A stretch of 64,000 bases of DNA from Bacilli bacterium (GTDB lineage Bacteria; Bacillota_I; Bacilli_A; RF39; UBA660): the NCBI GenBank assembly GCA_016283935.1, contig JAEENX010000026.1:30528-94527 (forward strand). The letters are read 5' to 3'. Below are positions 31,705-41,837 of this stretch, one piece after another. The notes below the pieces were generated by a model. It had not been told where the DNA came from, did not search any database, and was given only the letters and a program-made list of their open reading frames with translations. A program made the position numbers and the translations under genes. Position 1 is the first letter of the stretch; each line of letters starts with the position of its first letter.

Positions 31705-32191
31705 TTTCTAATAATTCATCATAACCTAAACCAGCTTCTAAACTATCTACTTTAAATATAGATACTTTATCTTCTTCAAATGGTTCTATTACATATGTTT
31801 TTCTCAATTGAATTTTAACTAATTTAAATATATCTTCTATAGAATCAAACTCTCTTCTATTATTATCTAATATCCAATTGTTTTCTAAACTATAATATTT
31901 ACTATCTACATTAGCAATACATATAGCATGAGTTGCTATATGTTTATCTTCATATATAAAGAAATATATATGACTATCTATATTTAAATCATCTAATAAC
32001 TTTTTAGCTACACATGCATTTTCAAAGTTAGTACCAACATTATTTTCTAATGTTTCATCTATAGACATTAATCTATAATTAGATAAAAAGAAATCTTGTT
32101 TACTATATTTATGTAATACTTTATCTTTACCTATCCAACCATATTTAATTTGATCTAATCTTTCTAAAACACTTTCTATTCCTTTATTCAT
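31691..32191 (-). CDS. hypothetical protein
   Basis: ORF overlapping downstream gene by 14 nt; no motif. Confidence 0.35.
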   Translation of the reverse strand: MNKGIESVLERLDQIKYGWIGKDKVLHKYSKQDFFLSNYRLMSIDETLENNVGTNFENACVAKKLLDDLNIDSHIYFFIYEDKHIATHAICIANVDSKYYSLENNWILDNNRREFDSIEDIFKLVKIQLRKTYVIEPFEEDKVSIFKVDSLEAGLGYDELLESVRN

Positions 32192-32195
32192 AATA

Positions 32196-32690
32196 TCACC
32201 TATATGTTAATTTTTTTATTATATTACCATCTACATCTTTAACAATTAATTCATCATCAGTTATTAAACCATATGAATTAACTGAATTACCTCTTGGATG
32301 CGCTAATGATCCAGGATTAAAATAAATTGGTTTACTATCTTCAATAGCACTTACATGTGTATGTCCTTGAACATATACATCACATGGGAATGTATTCATA
32401 TCTATTAAATGTCCATGTGTAAATATAAATACTTTTCCATTTATAACTTCTTGATAAAAGTTTAACATTTCATGTTTCATGCATGATTCAAAATCCATAT
32501 TACCTTTTATAAGAACAATCTTATTTTTAAACTTATCAATAAATTCATTTATTTCTTTATTATCATTTACAGTAGATAATATATCTCCTAATAATATTAT
32601 TTTACTAGGTTCTTCTACTTCAACTATATGATATAAATAATTAATAAATGCTATATCTCCATGTATATCTGATACAACCAAGTATTTCAT
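32196..32690 (-). CDS. YfcE-like metallophosphoesterase
   Basis: VSDIHGD, GDILS, GNMD, GHTH calcineurin-like motifs. Confidence 0.8.
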   Translation of the reverse strand: MKYLVVSDIHGDIAFINYLYHIVEVEEPSKIILLGDILSTVNDNKEINEFIDKFKNKIVLIKGNMDFESCMKHEMLNFYQEVINGKVFIFTHGHLIDMNTFPCDVYVQGHTHVSAIEDSKPIYFNPGSLAHPRGNSVNSYGLITDDELIVKDVDGNIIKKLTYR

Positions 32691-32692
32691 AT

Positions 32693-33529
32693 TTACCTCT
32701 TTAAATCATCATAGTAATCAACAAAGTCATGTTCATTACCATGTATATCTCTATAACCTAATATACAACTCATATTAATGTTACCCATAGCATTAAAGAT
32801 ATTATTATCTATATTTTTATTTTCTTTTCTAAATTCATTTATTAACTTTTTCATTTGTTTTCTCTTAGAAGCATCTTCATGAGTAGTAACTCTTTCAGTA
32901 AACTTACAAGCACAGTTTAAGAATGTAAGTTCATTATATTTAACCCAAGAAATAATATCATGTTCTTTAACTAAGAATAATGGTCTTATTAATTCAATAC
33001 CTTCAAAGTTATCTGAATGTATTTTAGGTACCATTGTTTTTATCTCAGATCCATAGAATAAACTTAATAAAGTTGTTTCAATAACATCATCAAAGTGATG
33101 TCCTAAAGCTATTTTATTACATCCAAGTTCTTGAGCTTTACTATATAAGAATCCTCTTCTCATTCTTGCACACATATAACATGGGCTTTGTCCATTTAAC
33201 TTTTCTGCAACTTGAAATACATCTGATTCAAATATTTCAATAGGTATACCTAAAAGTTTAGCATTGGATTCTATAAGTTCCCTATTCTTTTTATTATAAC
33301 CAGGATCCATACAAACATATTTAGCTTCAAATTTAAACTTACCATGTTTAATTAATTCTTGAATACATTTAGCTAAAAGAAATGAGTCTTTTCCTCCTGA
33401 TATGCAAACCATGACTTTATCACCTTCAGCTATTTGTTCATAGTTAGCTACACCTTTAACAAATCTAGACCATATTTCTTTTCTAAATTTAGTTATAATA
33501 CTTCTTTCTACTTCTTGATATTTTTCCAT
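32693..33529 (-). CDS. ttcA: tRNA 2-thiocytidine biosynthesis protein TtcA (PP-loop ATPase)
   Basis: CISGGKDS PP-loop; CYMCARMRRG and CNKIALGHH cysteine motifs. Confidence 0.8.
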   Translation of the reverse strand: MEKYQEVERSIITKFRKEIWSRFVKGVANYEQIAEGDKVMVCISGGKDSFLLAKCIQELIKHGKFKFEAKYVCMDPGYNKKNRELIESNAKLLGIPIEIFESDVFQVAEKLNGQSPCYMCARMRRGFLYSKAQELGCNKIALGHHFDDVIETTLLSLFYGSEIKTMVPKIHSDNFEGIELIRPLFLVKEHDIISWVKYNELTFLNCACKFTERVTTHEDASKRKQMKKLINEFRKENKNIDNNIFNAMGNINMSCILGYRDIHGNEHDFVDYYDDLKR

Positions 33530-33576
33530 GAGTAAAACTCCTTCTTTAATAGATTATACCATAAAAAAGGAAGATT

Positions 33577-35418
33577 TTAATCTTCCTTTTCATCTGATAT
33601 AACATTACAAATAAGATTTGTAATTTCAGTTGGATTATCAATTGGTAATCCTTCAATTAATCTAGCTTGAGCATATAAAATCTTTGTATAATCTTTTAAT
33701 GCTTCTTTATCAGTTTCATATAAGTGTTTTAACTTATCTGCTATCTTATGATTTTCATTTATTTCTAATACTTTAGCAGCATCAATATGGTTATCAGTTG
33801 GCATAGCATTTATAACTTTTTCCATTTCAATAGTTATTTCACCTTCACTTGATAAACATACTGGATGATTCTTTAATTTATTAGTAAATCTAACTGTAGA
33901 TACATCTGATATTGCTTCTTTCATAACTTTAAACATATCTTTAGATTCTTCATTCTTCTTTTCTAGTTCTTTAGTTTCTTCTTCAGTAGATAAATCAGTT
34001 GAAGCTTTATCTATATTCTTAATATCTACATCATCATATTTTTGTAATGTACTCATTACAAATTCATCCATGTAGTTAGTACAATATAGAACTTCATAAT
34101 CTTTATCTTTGAATTGTTCTACAATTGGAAGAACATCAATCTTTTCATTTGTTTCTCCACATACATAGTAAATAGCTTTTTGATCTTCTTTCATTCTTTC
34201 TTTATATTCTTTTAATGTATATTGTTTCATATCTTTAGAAGAAGTAAATATTAGTAAGTCTTTTAACTTATCTTTATTTATACCAAATTCATTATAAATA
34301 CCAAATTTAATTTGCATTCCAAAGTTCTTGAAGAATTCTTCATATTTAGATCTATCATTTTCAATCATATCTAATAATTCTTTATGAATCTTTGTTTCTA
34401 TATTTTTAGCAATTATTCCTAATGTTTTATCTTGTTGTAACATTTCTCTTGAAATGTTTAAAGATAAATCTGGAGAATCAACTACACCTTTAACAAATGA
34501 ATAATAATCAGGTAATAATTTATCACATTTATCCATGATTAATACTCCGTTTGAATATAGTTGTAATCCTTTTTCATAGTTCTTTGTATAGAAGTCAAAT
34601 GGTGCATTTGTAGGAATAAATAATAATGAATTAAATGATACAAGTCCTTCAGCTGAAGTATGAATTACTCTAGCAGGATCTGTATAATCATTAAATTTAT
34701 CTTTATAGAATGTATTATAATCTTCTTCTTTAATACTATTCTTACTACGTTTCCATAAAGGTACCATATCATTTAGTGAATCTTTACTTCCATTTAATTT
34801 AATTGGATAAGTAATATAGTTAGAATATTTCTTTACTAATGATTCTATAAAATGATCATGTAATAATTCATCATATATTTCTTCTTCCTTATCTTCTTTA
34901 ATAGTTAATTCAATCTTAGTACCATTTGTATCTAATTCACCTTTTTCAATTGTATAACCATCTATTCCAGATGATTCCCATACATAAGCTTCATCTGAGC
35001 CAAATGCTCTAGATGTAACTTTAATATTAGATGCAACCATGAATGCTGAATAGAAACCAACACCAAATTGTCCAATTATATCTATATTCTTTTTATGTTC
35101 ATTTTCAGTCTTAAATTCTAATGAACCTGATTTAGCAATTGTACCTAAATTATTTTCAAGTTCATCTTTAGTCATACCTATACCATTATCAGTAATAGTA
35201 AGTATTCTATTATCTTTATCTATAGATAAATTAATTTCAAAATCCTTCTTTTTAACTGATATAGAATCATCAGTTAATGATTTGTAATATAACTTATCAA
35301 TAGCATCAGATGCATTTGAAATAAGTTCTCTTAAAAATATTTCTTTATTTGTATAAATTGAATTAATCATTAAATCCATTAGTTTTTTAGATTCTGTCTT
35401 AAATTGTTTTTTAGCCAT
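33577..35418 (-). CDS. htpG: molecular chaperone HtpG (Hsp90)
   Basis: KEIFLRELISNASDAIDKLYY signature, GQFGVGFYSAFMVA. Confidence 0.9.
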   Translation of the reverse strand: MAKKQFKTESKKLMDLMINSIYTNKEIFLRELISNASDAIDKLYYKSLTDDSISVKKKDFEINLSIDKDNRILTITDNGIGMTKDELENNLGTIAKSGSLEFKTENEHKKNIDIIGQFGVGFYSAFMVASNIKVTSRAFGSDEAYVWESSGIDGYTIEKGELDTNGTKIELTIKEDKEEEIYDELLHDHFIESLVKKYSNYITYPIKLNGSKDSLNDMVPLWKRSKNSIKEEDYNTFYKDKFNDYTDPARVIHTSAEGLVSFNSLLFIPTNAPFDFYTKNYEKGLQLYSNGVLIMDKCDKLLPDYYSFVKGVVDSPDLSLNISREMLQQDKTLGIIAKNIETKIHKELLDMIENDRSKYEEFFKNFGMQIKFGIYNEFGINKDKLKDLLIFTSSKDMKQYTLKEYKERMKEDQKAIYYVCGETNEKIDVLPIVEQFKDKDYEVLYCTNYMDEFVMSTLQKYDDVDIKNIDKASTDLSTEEETKELEKKNEESKDMFKVMKEAISDVSTVRFTNKLKNHPVCLSSEGEITIEMEKVINAMPTDNHIDAAKVLEINENHKIADKLKHLYETDKEALKDYTKILYAQARLIEGLPIDNPTEITNLICNVISDEKED

Positions 35419-35536
35419 TTAAATTACCTCTTTTCAAATTTATTCAACTTACATAAATTGTTATATCACTTATAATTAGCACTGTCAATACATAAGTGCT
35501 AATTATAATACAAAATAATATCAACTACATTTATAG

Positions 35537-35564
35537 TTGATTAATAATAAATATATGTTATACT
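35537..35564 (+). promoter_or_regulatory. sigma-A promoter (TTGATT-N16-TATACT) driving the small hydrophobic peptide gene
   Basis: -35 at 35537-35542, -10 at 35559-35564; GC-rich leader follows. Confidence 0.45.
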
Positions 35565-35626
35565 TTGCCGGGACACTTAATATGTCAGGTGATGCCAAAT
35601 TTCAAAATTTGAAAGGAGGCGATATC

Positions 35627-35710
35627 ATGAGCAAGAAAGATATACTTATATCTTTTTTAATCATTATCATCATCCTTTTAATATATTTACTTATTAAAGT
35701 AGTTATATAA
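35627..35710 (+). CDS. 27-aa hydrophobic single-TM peptide (MSKKDILISFLIIIIILLIYLLIKVVI); candidate type I toxin-like or small membrane regulator
   Basis: Strong SD aaaggagg 6 nt upstream of ATG; own promoter; followed by two hairpins (35717-35740 and 35757-35781) and a T-rich tract. Confidence 0.4.
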   Translation: MSKKDILISFLIIIIILLIYLLIKVVI

Positions 35711-35826
35711 AAGGAAAATCGCCTAACATACAGTTAGGCGATACAACATTGGCAATCACCTAACGTAACGAATATTAGGTGTCCCTTTTCTAATTAAATA
35801 ATAACACATTATATAAAAAAAGAAAA

Positions 35827-36663
35827 CTATTTAGTCATCTCATAGTTTTCTTTTAACATTTGTATAAATATTTCTCTAAGTTCAGCATTAGCTTTAGCTA
35901 AATCTTTCTTACCTACTTCATATAAAGAGCCAAATCTAACTACTAGATTTTTAGATTTAAACTTATAATCACCTGTAACTACCATTGGTAAAATTGGACT
36001 ATTAGTTTTTTGAGCCATACTTACTGCTCCAAATTTAAAATCTAGTAATAAAGAATCATAGTAATCATGTTCTTTAATAACATTATTCTTCCATAATTCT
36101 TTTAATGCTTCATCAGCATTATAAATATACATATCTAATTCTTGTTTCTTTATCTTTTTCTTATCATATAATCCCAATAAATATCTTATTTGAGATAATT
36201 TAGGTTTACCTGCATTTAATTTAGAAGAGAAAGTTTCATAATCAATATCAGTAAAATATTTATCATATATTTCTTTTACTCTTTCTTCTTTTAATGCATT
36301 TCTAGTTCCTTCAGGAAATATACCTAATATTTCACCAGACTTTAAAGCTGATAATGCTGATTCAACAGCATGTTCATCTTTCTTACTTCTATCTACAGGA
36401 ATACATCCTACTCCTCTAAAAAACCATTCTGTTTTTTTGTTATCAAAGTATTCTTTTTTAGCCATATATACTAAAGTTCTATTTGTAGATACAATAGCAT
36501 GACATTGATCATATAAATGTATATGATCACCTGCTAATATACATGAACCTTCTTTAGGTATATTATCTTTTCCAATTATAATTGGAGTATAATACCATTT
36601 AAAAATTGGTCCTAGGATAGCAGCTCCTATTTTATAAATTGTTGGTTTCTTATTCATCGTCAT
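35827..36663 (-). CDS. PlsC/LPLAT-family acyltransferase
   Basis: AGDHIHLYD (Hx4D), GIFPEGTRN. Confidence 0.65.
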   Translation of the reverse strand: MTMNKKPTIYKIGAAILGPIFKWYYTPIIIGKDNIPKEGSCILAGDHIHLYDQCHAIVSTNRTLVYMAKKEYFDNKKTEWFFRGVGCIPVDRSKKDEHAVESALSALKSGEILGIFPEGTRNALKEERVKEIYDKYFTDIDYETFSSKLNAGKPKLSQIRYLLGLYDKKKIKKQELDMYIYNADEALKELWKNNVIKEHDYYDSLLLDFKFGAVSMAQKTNSPILPMVVTGDYKFKSKNLVVRFGSLYEVGKKDLAKANAELREIFIQMLKENYEMTK

Positions 36664-38398
36664 CAGCTCCGTTGTCTTGTTTTAGCATTTGGAAATCAAC
36701 CTTACCTAATTTAGTCTTAGGTAATTTCTTTCTAAATACAAATTCAGCTGGTACCATATACTTAGCTAAATTTTTCTTACATAAATCTTTAATACTTTGT
36801 TTAACAAATGGATTAAATGTTCCGTCTTTTAATACAATAAATGCTTTAGCAACTTCTTGTTTATAAGGATGTGGAATACCTACAACTGTACATTGTAATA
36901 CATCTGGATGTGATTCAATTACTTCTTCAATATGAGAAGGATAAACATTATAACCAGATGTTATAATCATTCTCTTTTGTCTTCCCTTATAGAATACGAA
37001 TCCGTCTTCATCCATATAACCTAAATCACCTGTATGTAACCATACATGTCCATCATCATGCATTTGTAATGCATCATTTGTTTCAGATTCCTCATTTAAA
37101 TAACCAAGCATTAATGCTTTAGTATGAACTACTATTTCACCAGTTTCACCAAATGGTAATTCTTTTCTAGTTCCTGGATCAATTATCTTAATATAATTTC
37201 CAGCTAAAGGTATACCAATTGAACCTGATTTATTAATATCATGATGACATAATGATACAGCTGCTAATGCTTCAGATAATCCATATCCTTGAGTAATATG
37301 AGCTGGACTATTATGTTCTTTTAAATATTCATTCACTCTATCTTCTAAAGCCTTAGGTAATTGGTCTCCTCCACTTACTACAAACTTTAAGAAAGATAAA
37401 TCTAAGTTTTTAACATTATTATTTGAAATAAGCGCTTCAAATAAAGTTGGAACACCTAATACTATAGTTGGTTTAGTTTTATTAAATAATACATCAAATT
37501 TCTTTGCATCAAATTGAGGTACTAAAGTTGTATAACATCCTAAAGTTAAAGCTGTATGCATACATACAGATAATCCAAATCCATGGAAGTTAGGCATTAT
37601 AGCTAAACATGAATCTCCTGGTTTTAAATGTAGATCAATATCACCAGTTTGTTTAGCTCCTAAATAAAATGCTCTATTTTGAATAACAACATTTTTAGGT
37701 TTACCAGATGTACCACCTGAGTGAATAATAACAGCAGGTTGATTCTTACCCATCTTTCTATATTTAATATTTGGAACTTTCTTAGATAATGATTTAAATT
37801 TATTCCAATTCATCATATAAGTTCCTTTTTTAGGATATTTATATTTACCAATATTCATTAATCTATAAGCTATTCCCATGAATAAATTCATAGAATCAGC
37901 AGCATTAACAAATATAATATGTTTTAAATTTGTTTCATCTACAATAGGTTCTAATTTATTGTAGAATTGATTACACATAACAAGTATCTTACTTCTTGTT
38001 GAATTAACTGCTTCTTTTAATTCACCTTCAGCAGATAAAGGATGTGTCATATTTGCTACTGCTCCTAATTTATTTAAAGCATATAAACAATATAATGCTT
38101 CAGGAAAATTAGGTAAGCAAATAGTAACTATATCACCTTTTTTAACTCCTAATGCTTTAAATGATTTAGCTATAGTATTAACTTTAGTTAATAATTGATG
38201 ATATGTTATTTTAACTCCTAAATATTCAATTGCTTTTAATTTAGAATATTTATGTTCACTTAAAACAATATGATCATACATAGAAATATCAGGTATATGA
38301 ATATCTAATTCTTCTTTTGTATAGTATTTTTCCCATACACCATGTAATTTCTTTTTCTTTCTAAAAATATTAAAGATAGATGAATCAAAAAATCCCAT
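36650..38398 (-). CDS. AMP-dependent synthetase/ligase (long-chain fatty acid activating type)
   Basis: HSGGTSGKPK AMP-binding motif, TQGYGLSE, GDLGYMDEDGFVFYKGRQKRMI. Confidence 0.8.
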   Translation of the reverse strand: MGFFDSSIFNIFRKKKKLHGVWEKYYTKEELDIHIPDISMYDHIVLSEHKYSKLKAIEYLGVKITYHQLLTKVNTIAKSFKALGVKKGDIVTICLPNFPEALYCLYALNKLGAVANMTHPLSAEGELKEAVNSTRSKILVMCNQFYNKLEPIVDETNLKHIIFVNAADSMNLFMGIAYRLMNIGKYKYPKKGTYMMNWNKFKSLSKKVPNIKYRKMGKNQPAVIIHSGGTSGKPKNVVIQNRAFYLGAKQTGDIDLHLKPGDSCLAIMPNFHGFGLSVCMHTALTLGCYTTLVPQFDAKKFDVLFNKTKPTIVLGVPTLFEALISNNNVKNLDLSFLKFVVSGGDQLPKALEDRVNEYLKEHNSPAHITQGYGLSEALAAVSLCHHDINKSGSIGIPLAGNYIKIIDPGTRKELPFGETGEIVVHTKALMLGYLNEESETNDALQMHDDGHVWLHTGDLGYMDEDGFVFYKGRQKRMIITSGYNVYPSHIEEVIESHPDVLQCTVVGIPHPYKQEVAKAFIVLKDGTFNPFVKQSIKDLCKKNLAKYMVPAEFVFRKKLPKTKLGKVDFQMLKQDNGADDDE

Positions 38399-38399
38399 A

Positions 38400-38978
38400 C
38401 TATCCCTCCTTTTTACTCACTATAAAATCCCTAAGTTTTCTAGTTTCTTCAACAATAAACTTAGACTCAACTTTACGAGGTTTATAAAATTCTATTTCTA
38501 AATTTCTAGACCACAGTCTATATTTTCCTTTAATTACAAATGGTACTATTTTACTATTTGTATCATATGCCATTCTACAAGCACCTTTTTTAAATGGAAG
38601 TATTACACCAGTTTTCTCAGTGGTTCCTTCTGGAAATATACCTATTACTTCATCCATTTCTAAATACTTTTTAGCAGTACCAAATGCATCTAAACTATGA
38701 GTTTGTCTATCAACTGCAATCAAACCCAAGTTATTAAATATAAAACCAAATGGTCCTTTAAATAATTCTTGTTTAGCTAAAAAATGTACTTCTCTTTTAG
38801 TTGCACATATTAACAATAAACAATCTAAATTATTAGTATGAGTACCTGCTAATACTATTCTTCCATCTTTAGGTATGTTTTCTAATCCCTTAAATTTAGG
38901 AGTCAGAAAACATTTAGTAAAAAATACTATTAAAGGTCTAATTATTATGTATAAAATTGATTTCTTCTTCATGATCAT
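38400..38978 (-). CDS. PlsC/LPLAT-family acyltransferase
   Basis: AGTHTNNLD (Hx4D), GIFPEGTTE; 2-nt gap to ligase gene. Confidence 0.65.
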   Translation of the reverse strand: MIMKKKSILYIIIRPLIVFFTKCFLTPKFKGLENIPKDGRIVLAGTHTNNLDCLLLICATKREVHFLAKQELFKGPFGFIFNNLGLIAVDRQTHSLDAFGTAKKYLEMDEVIGIFPEGTTEKTGVILPFKKGACRMAYDTNSKIVPFVIKGKYRLWSRNLEIEFYKPRKVESKFIVEETRKLRDFIVSKKEG

Positions 38979-39016
38979 AACCCTCTAGAATAAATTATAA
39001 TATATTCTTTTATTAT

Positions 39017-39715
39017 TTAACAAGTAGTATCTCCAAGATTTAAAGGTATTTCAAATGTAGTTGAAACATTATCATCTGTATAAGCTTTAATAACTAGCTT
39101 TAACTTAATGCCTTTCATAATACTACATGTATTAGAAGATGTATTAAACTTTAATTCATTTAAATAATTATTTAATGTGATATTACTTAAAGTATCACCT
39201 TCAGCCATTTTCATTTCTTTTCCATCTGTATGAATACTATATAGAATAGATTCTATTTTTTTATAAACATTATTATCTTCTTTACCGCAGTAATTTATAT
39301 CACTTATATATATATGAGTTTTATTAGCATCATATGAAACAGTTCCATTTATAGTAAAATCTTTACAAGAAGATCCTAATTCTCTTGTTTCAAATGTTTT
39401 ATGATTTATATGTATATTAATACCAATAGCAGTTCCAACTATTACTACAATTACTATTAACATTATATATATAAAATTATTATTCTTTTTACTTACTTTG
39501 ACAGGTGTATCTAATAATTCATTAATATCTATATTATATTTATTACATATTAATTGAAGAGTACCAATATCAGGAATACTCTTTCCATTTTCCCATTTAG
39601 ATACAGCTTGATATGTAACATTTAATTCATTAGCAAAAGCTTCTTGAGTTAAACCATTATCTTTTCTTATCTTTTTAATTGTACTTGAAATCTTATCTTG
39701 ATTCATAATACCCAC
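39017..39715 (-). CDS. XRE-family HTH regulator fused to a TM segment and extracellular domain
   Basis: IRKDNGLTQEAFANELNVTYQAVSKWENGKSIPD HTH; TM IYIMLIVIVVIVGTAIGI. Confidence 0.7.
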   Translation of the reverse strand: MGIMNQDKISSTIKKIRKDNGLTQEAFANELNVTYQAVSKWENGKSIPDIGTLQLICNKYNIDINELLDTPVKVSKKNNNFIYIMLIVIVVIVGTAIGINIHINHKTFETRELGSSCKDFTINGTVSYDANKTHIYISDINYCGKEDNNVYKKIESILYSIHTDGKEMKMAEGDTLSNITLNNYLNELKFNTSSNTCSIMKGIKLKLVIKAYTDDNVSTTFEIPLNLGDTTC

Positions 39716-39765
39716 CTAAAAAAATTATAACATTTAAAGCAAAAAAAAAGAAGATTTATATCTTC

Positions 39766-40260
39766 TTATTTAAGTATTTCAATGTTACCAACAACTGGTA
39801 ATTTATCCATTTTTCCTTGAGCAGCCCAAATTAATCCAACTAAACCTAAAATATAGATTGCTGTATTAACTAAACCTAAAATACTTCCTACAAATGGAAT
39901 ACCAAGTTGACTAATTAACACTCTTAAAACTGAAACAGCAATACTTGCAATTATTTCAATAATTGAAAGATTTGCAGCTTGTTTAACATGGAATTGTCCA
40001 AATGGAGTTTTAGCAGCTTTAGCAAAATGTAAAATTAAGCCAATGATACTTAAGTATGAAACAATAGCAACTATTTTTTCAGTATTAGTATCTACTCCTC
40101 CTACATTTGGTTGTCCATTATATTGTTGTCCAGGTTGTTGTGTTGGAGCAACTTGTTGTTGTGGTTGTTGATTAACATTTTGAGCTACAGCAGCACCACA
40201 TGTTGGACAAAATGCTGTACCTTCTGGAATTTGTCCACCACAGTTAGAACAAAACTTCAT
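39766..40260 (-). CDS. zinc-ribbon, Gln-rich linker, multi-TM membrane protein
   Basis: CSNCG...CPTCG; QQPQQQ tract; 3 hydrophobic helices. Confidence 0.5.
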   Translation of the reverse strand: MKFCSNCGGQIPEGTAFCPTCGAAVAQNVNQQPQQQVAPTQQPGQQYNGQPNVGGVDTNTEKIVAIVSYLSIIGLILHFAKAAKTPFGQFHVKQAANLSIIEIIASIAVSVLRVLISQLGIPFVGSILGLVNTAIYILGLVGLIWAAQGKMDKLPVVGNIEILK

Positions 40261-40335
40261 ATCTCTATCACCTTTCCTAAAATAAGTATAACATAAGAAA
40301 AAGTGAAAGAAACAAAATTTTCTTTCACTTTACTA

Positions 40336-40854
40336 TTAATTTTTAATAAAATTTTTAATTTTAGGAAATTCTAATTCATCTTTCATCTTATAATTGATTG
40401 TTCTTTTTAAATTTTGAATTTCTTTAATTGATACATAGTAATTTAAACCACTATATAATGTAGTTAAAATACATAATTGGAATGTTAATAATCCAAGTAA
40501 GAATAATGGATAACTTCCAATAAAGAATGTTAATAAATTAAATGCTCCTGCTAAACATATAAAGAATACATTTAGTAAGAATATTGTAAATCTTTGTCCA
40601 AATTCATTAGCATAGTTATCTATTCTATTTTGTATTTCAACTTTATTCTTAACTATAATTCTATTTAACTTTCTAGTATTAGTAGCATTATTTCTAATAT
40701 ATCTATAATTACCTATATTAGATAGCACTTTTAGCTTATCATCTTCTACCTTATAATCAATAACATACTTAGTAAATCTATGTTTAAGATAGTCATCTCT
40801 TTTAGTTTCTAAGTCCTTAATTGTTACCAATTTCTTCTTTTGCCAAAACCTCAT
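40336..40854 (-). CDS. membrane protein with cytoplasmic N-domain, unknown function
   Basis: Two TM helices in C-terminal half. Confidence 0.35.
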   Translation of the reverse strand: MRFWQKKKLVTIKDLETKRDDYLKHRFTKYVIDYKVEDDKLKVLSNIGNYRYIRNNATNTRKLNRIIVKNKVEIQNRIDNYANEFGQRFTIFLLNVFFICLAGAFNLLTFFIGSYPLFLLGLLTFQLCILTTLYSGLNYYVSIKEIQNLKRTINYKMKDELEFPKIKNFIKN

Positions 40855-40971
40855 AATAATCCCCCCCTAGAAATTGAAGTTTATACTATACTAAAAATAC
40901 TGTTTTGTCAAATTTTGAAAGACTATTTTTTACACGCATGTTATAATGTTTAAGTAAGGTAGATGACAACG

Positions 40972-41343
40972 ATGAATAAAGCGTTAATTAGTAAAAAAGT
41001 ATTCCTAGCAAGATGTGTAATGTTTGAAGACAATTTTGAAGGTTCATTAGTAAGAAAAAAGTTAGATATAAACGATGAATTTAGAATGGTCTTCTGCTAT
41101 AGAGGAATAGTTATAGACTTTGAAACAGCAGAAGAATTACCACTTCTTCCCCATAATATTATTTATCCAAATACACATATAGATACTAATACATATTATT
41201 TAACTTCTTTATCAGAATGTACTCAATTAACTGATAAAGAAATAAAATATATACCAAGTCTACTTAGAAGATATCAAGAAAAACATAATATAGAACAAAA
41301 AAGAAAAATAATACAATTTCCTACAGATAGAATTAAAAGATAA
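40972..41343 (+). CDS. hypothetical protein
   Basis: ATG (MNKALIS) preceded by aaggtagatg; terminator hairpin at 41345-41370. Confidence 0.35.
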   Translation: MNKALISKKVFLARCVMFEDNFEGSLVRKKLDINDEFRMVFCYRGIVIDFETAEELPLLPHNIIYPNTHIDTNTYYLTSLSECTQLTDKEIKYIPSLLRRYQEKHNIEQKRKIIQFPTDRIKR

Positions 41344-41386
41344 AGATTACATAGTAATCTTTTTTTATGCAATAAAAAAAGGAGAA

Positions 41387-41785
41387 TTACTCTCCTTCAT
41401 TTACTAACTTATCTAATACAGCATTGATCATTTTTCTAACTGAATCATCTGAATACTTCTTAGCAAGTTCAACTGCTTCATTTATAGAAACTAAATCAGG
41501 TGTATCCATATATTTAATTTCATAGATACCCATTCTTAATATTGCTCTACCCATAGAATCTAATCTATCAATTGTCCAATTATCTAAATGACTATTAGCA
41601 ATTTCATCTATTTCATCTATAGCAGTAGTAATACCATATACCATATCTTTAACAAATTCATTTTCTATTTCAACGTTTTCTTTAATAACTGCATCAACGT
41701 CATATTCAATTTTGTTCTTTTTATATAATTCTATTTGATATAAAATAGTCATTACTTTTTCACGTAATTCACTTCTAGTAGCCAT
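41387..41785 (-). CDS. nusB: transcription antitermination factor NusB
   Basis: MATRSELREKVMTILYQ..., AILRMGIYE, 132 aa all-helical. Confidence 0.85.
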   Translation of the reverse strand: MATRSELREKVMTILYQIELYKKNKIEYDVDAVIKENVEIENEFVKDMVYGITTAIDEIDEIANSHLDNWTIDRLDSMGRAILRMGIYEIKYMDTPDLVSINEAVELAKKYSDDSVRKMINAVLDKLVNEGE

Positions 41786-41837
41786 AATATCCCTCTTTCT
41801 CTTGTTATTTTAACATATTTATAATATTTGTAAACAA

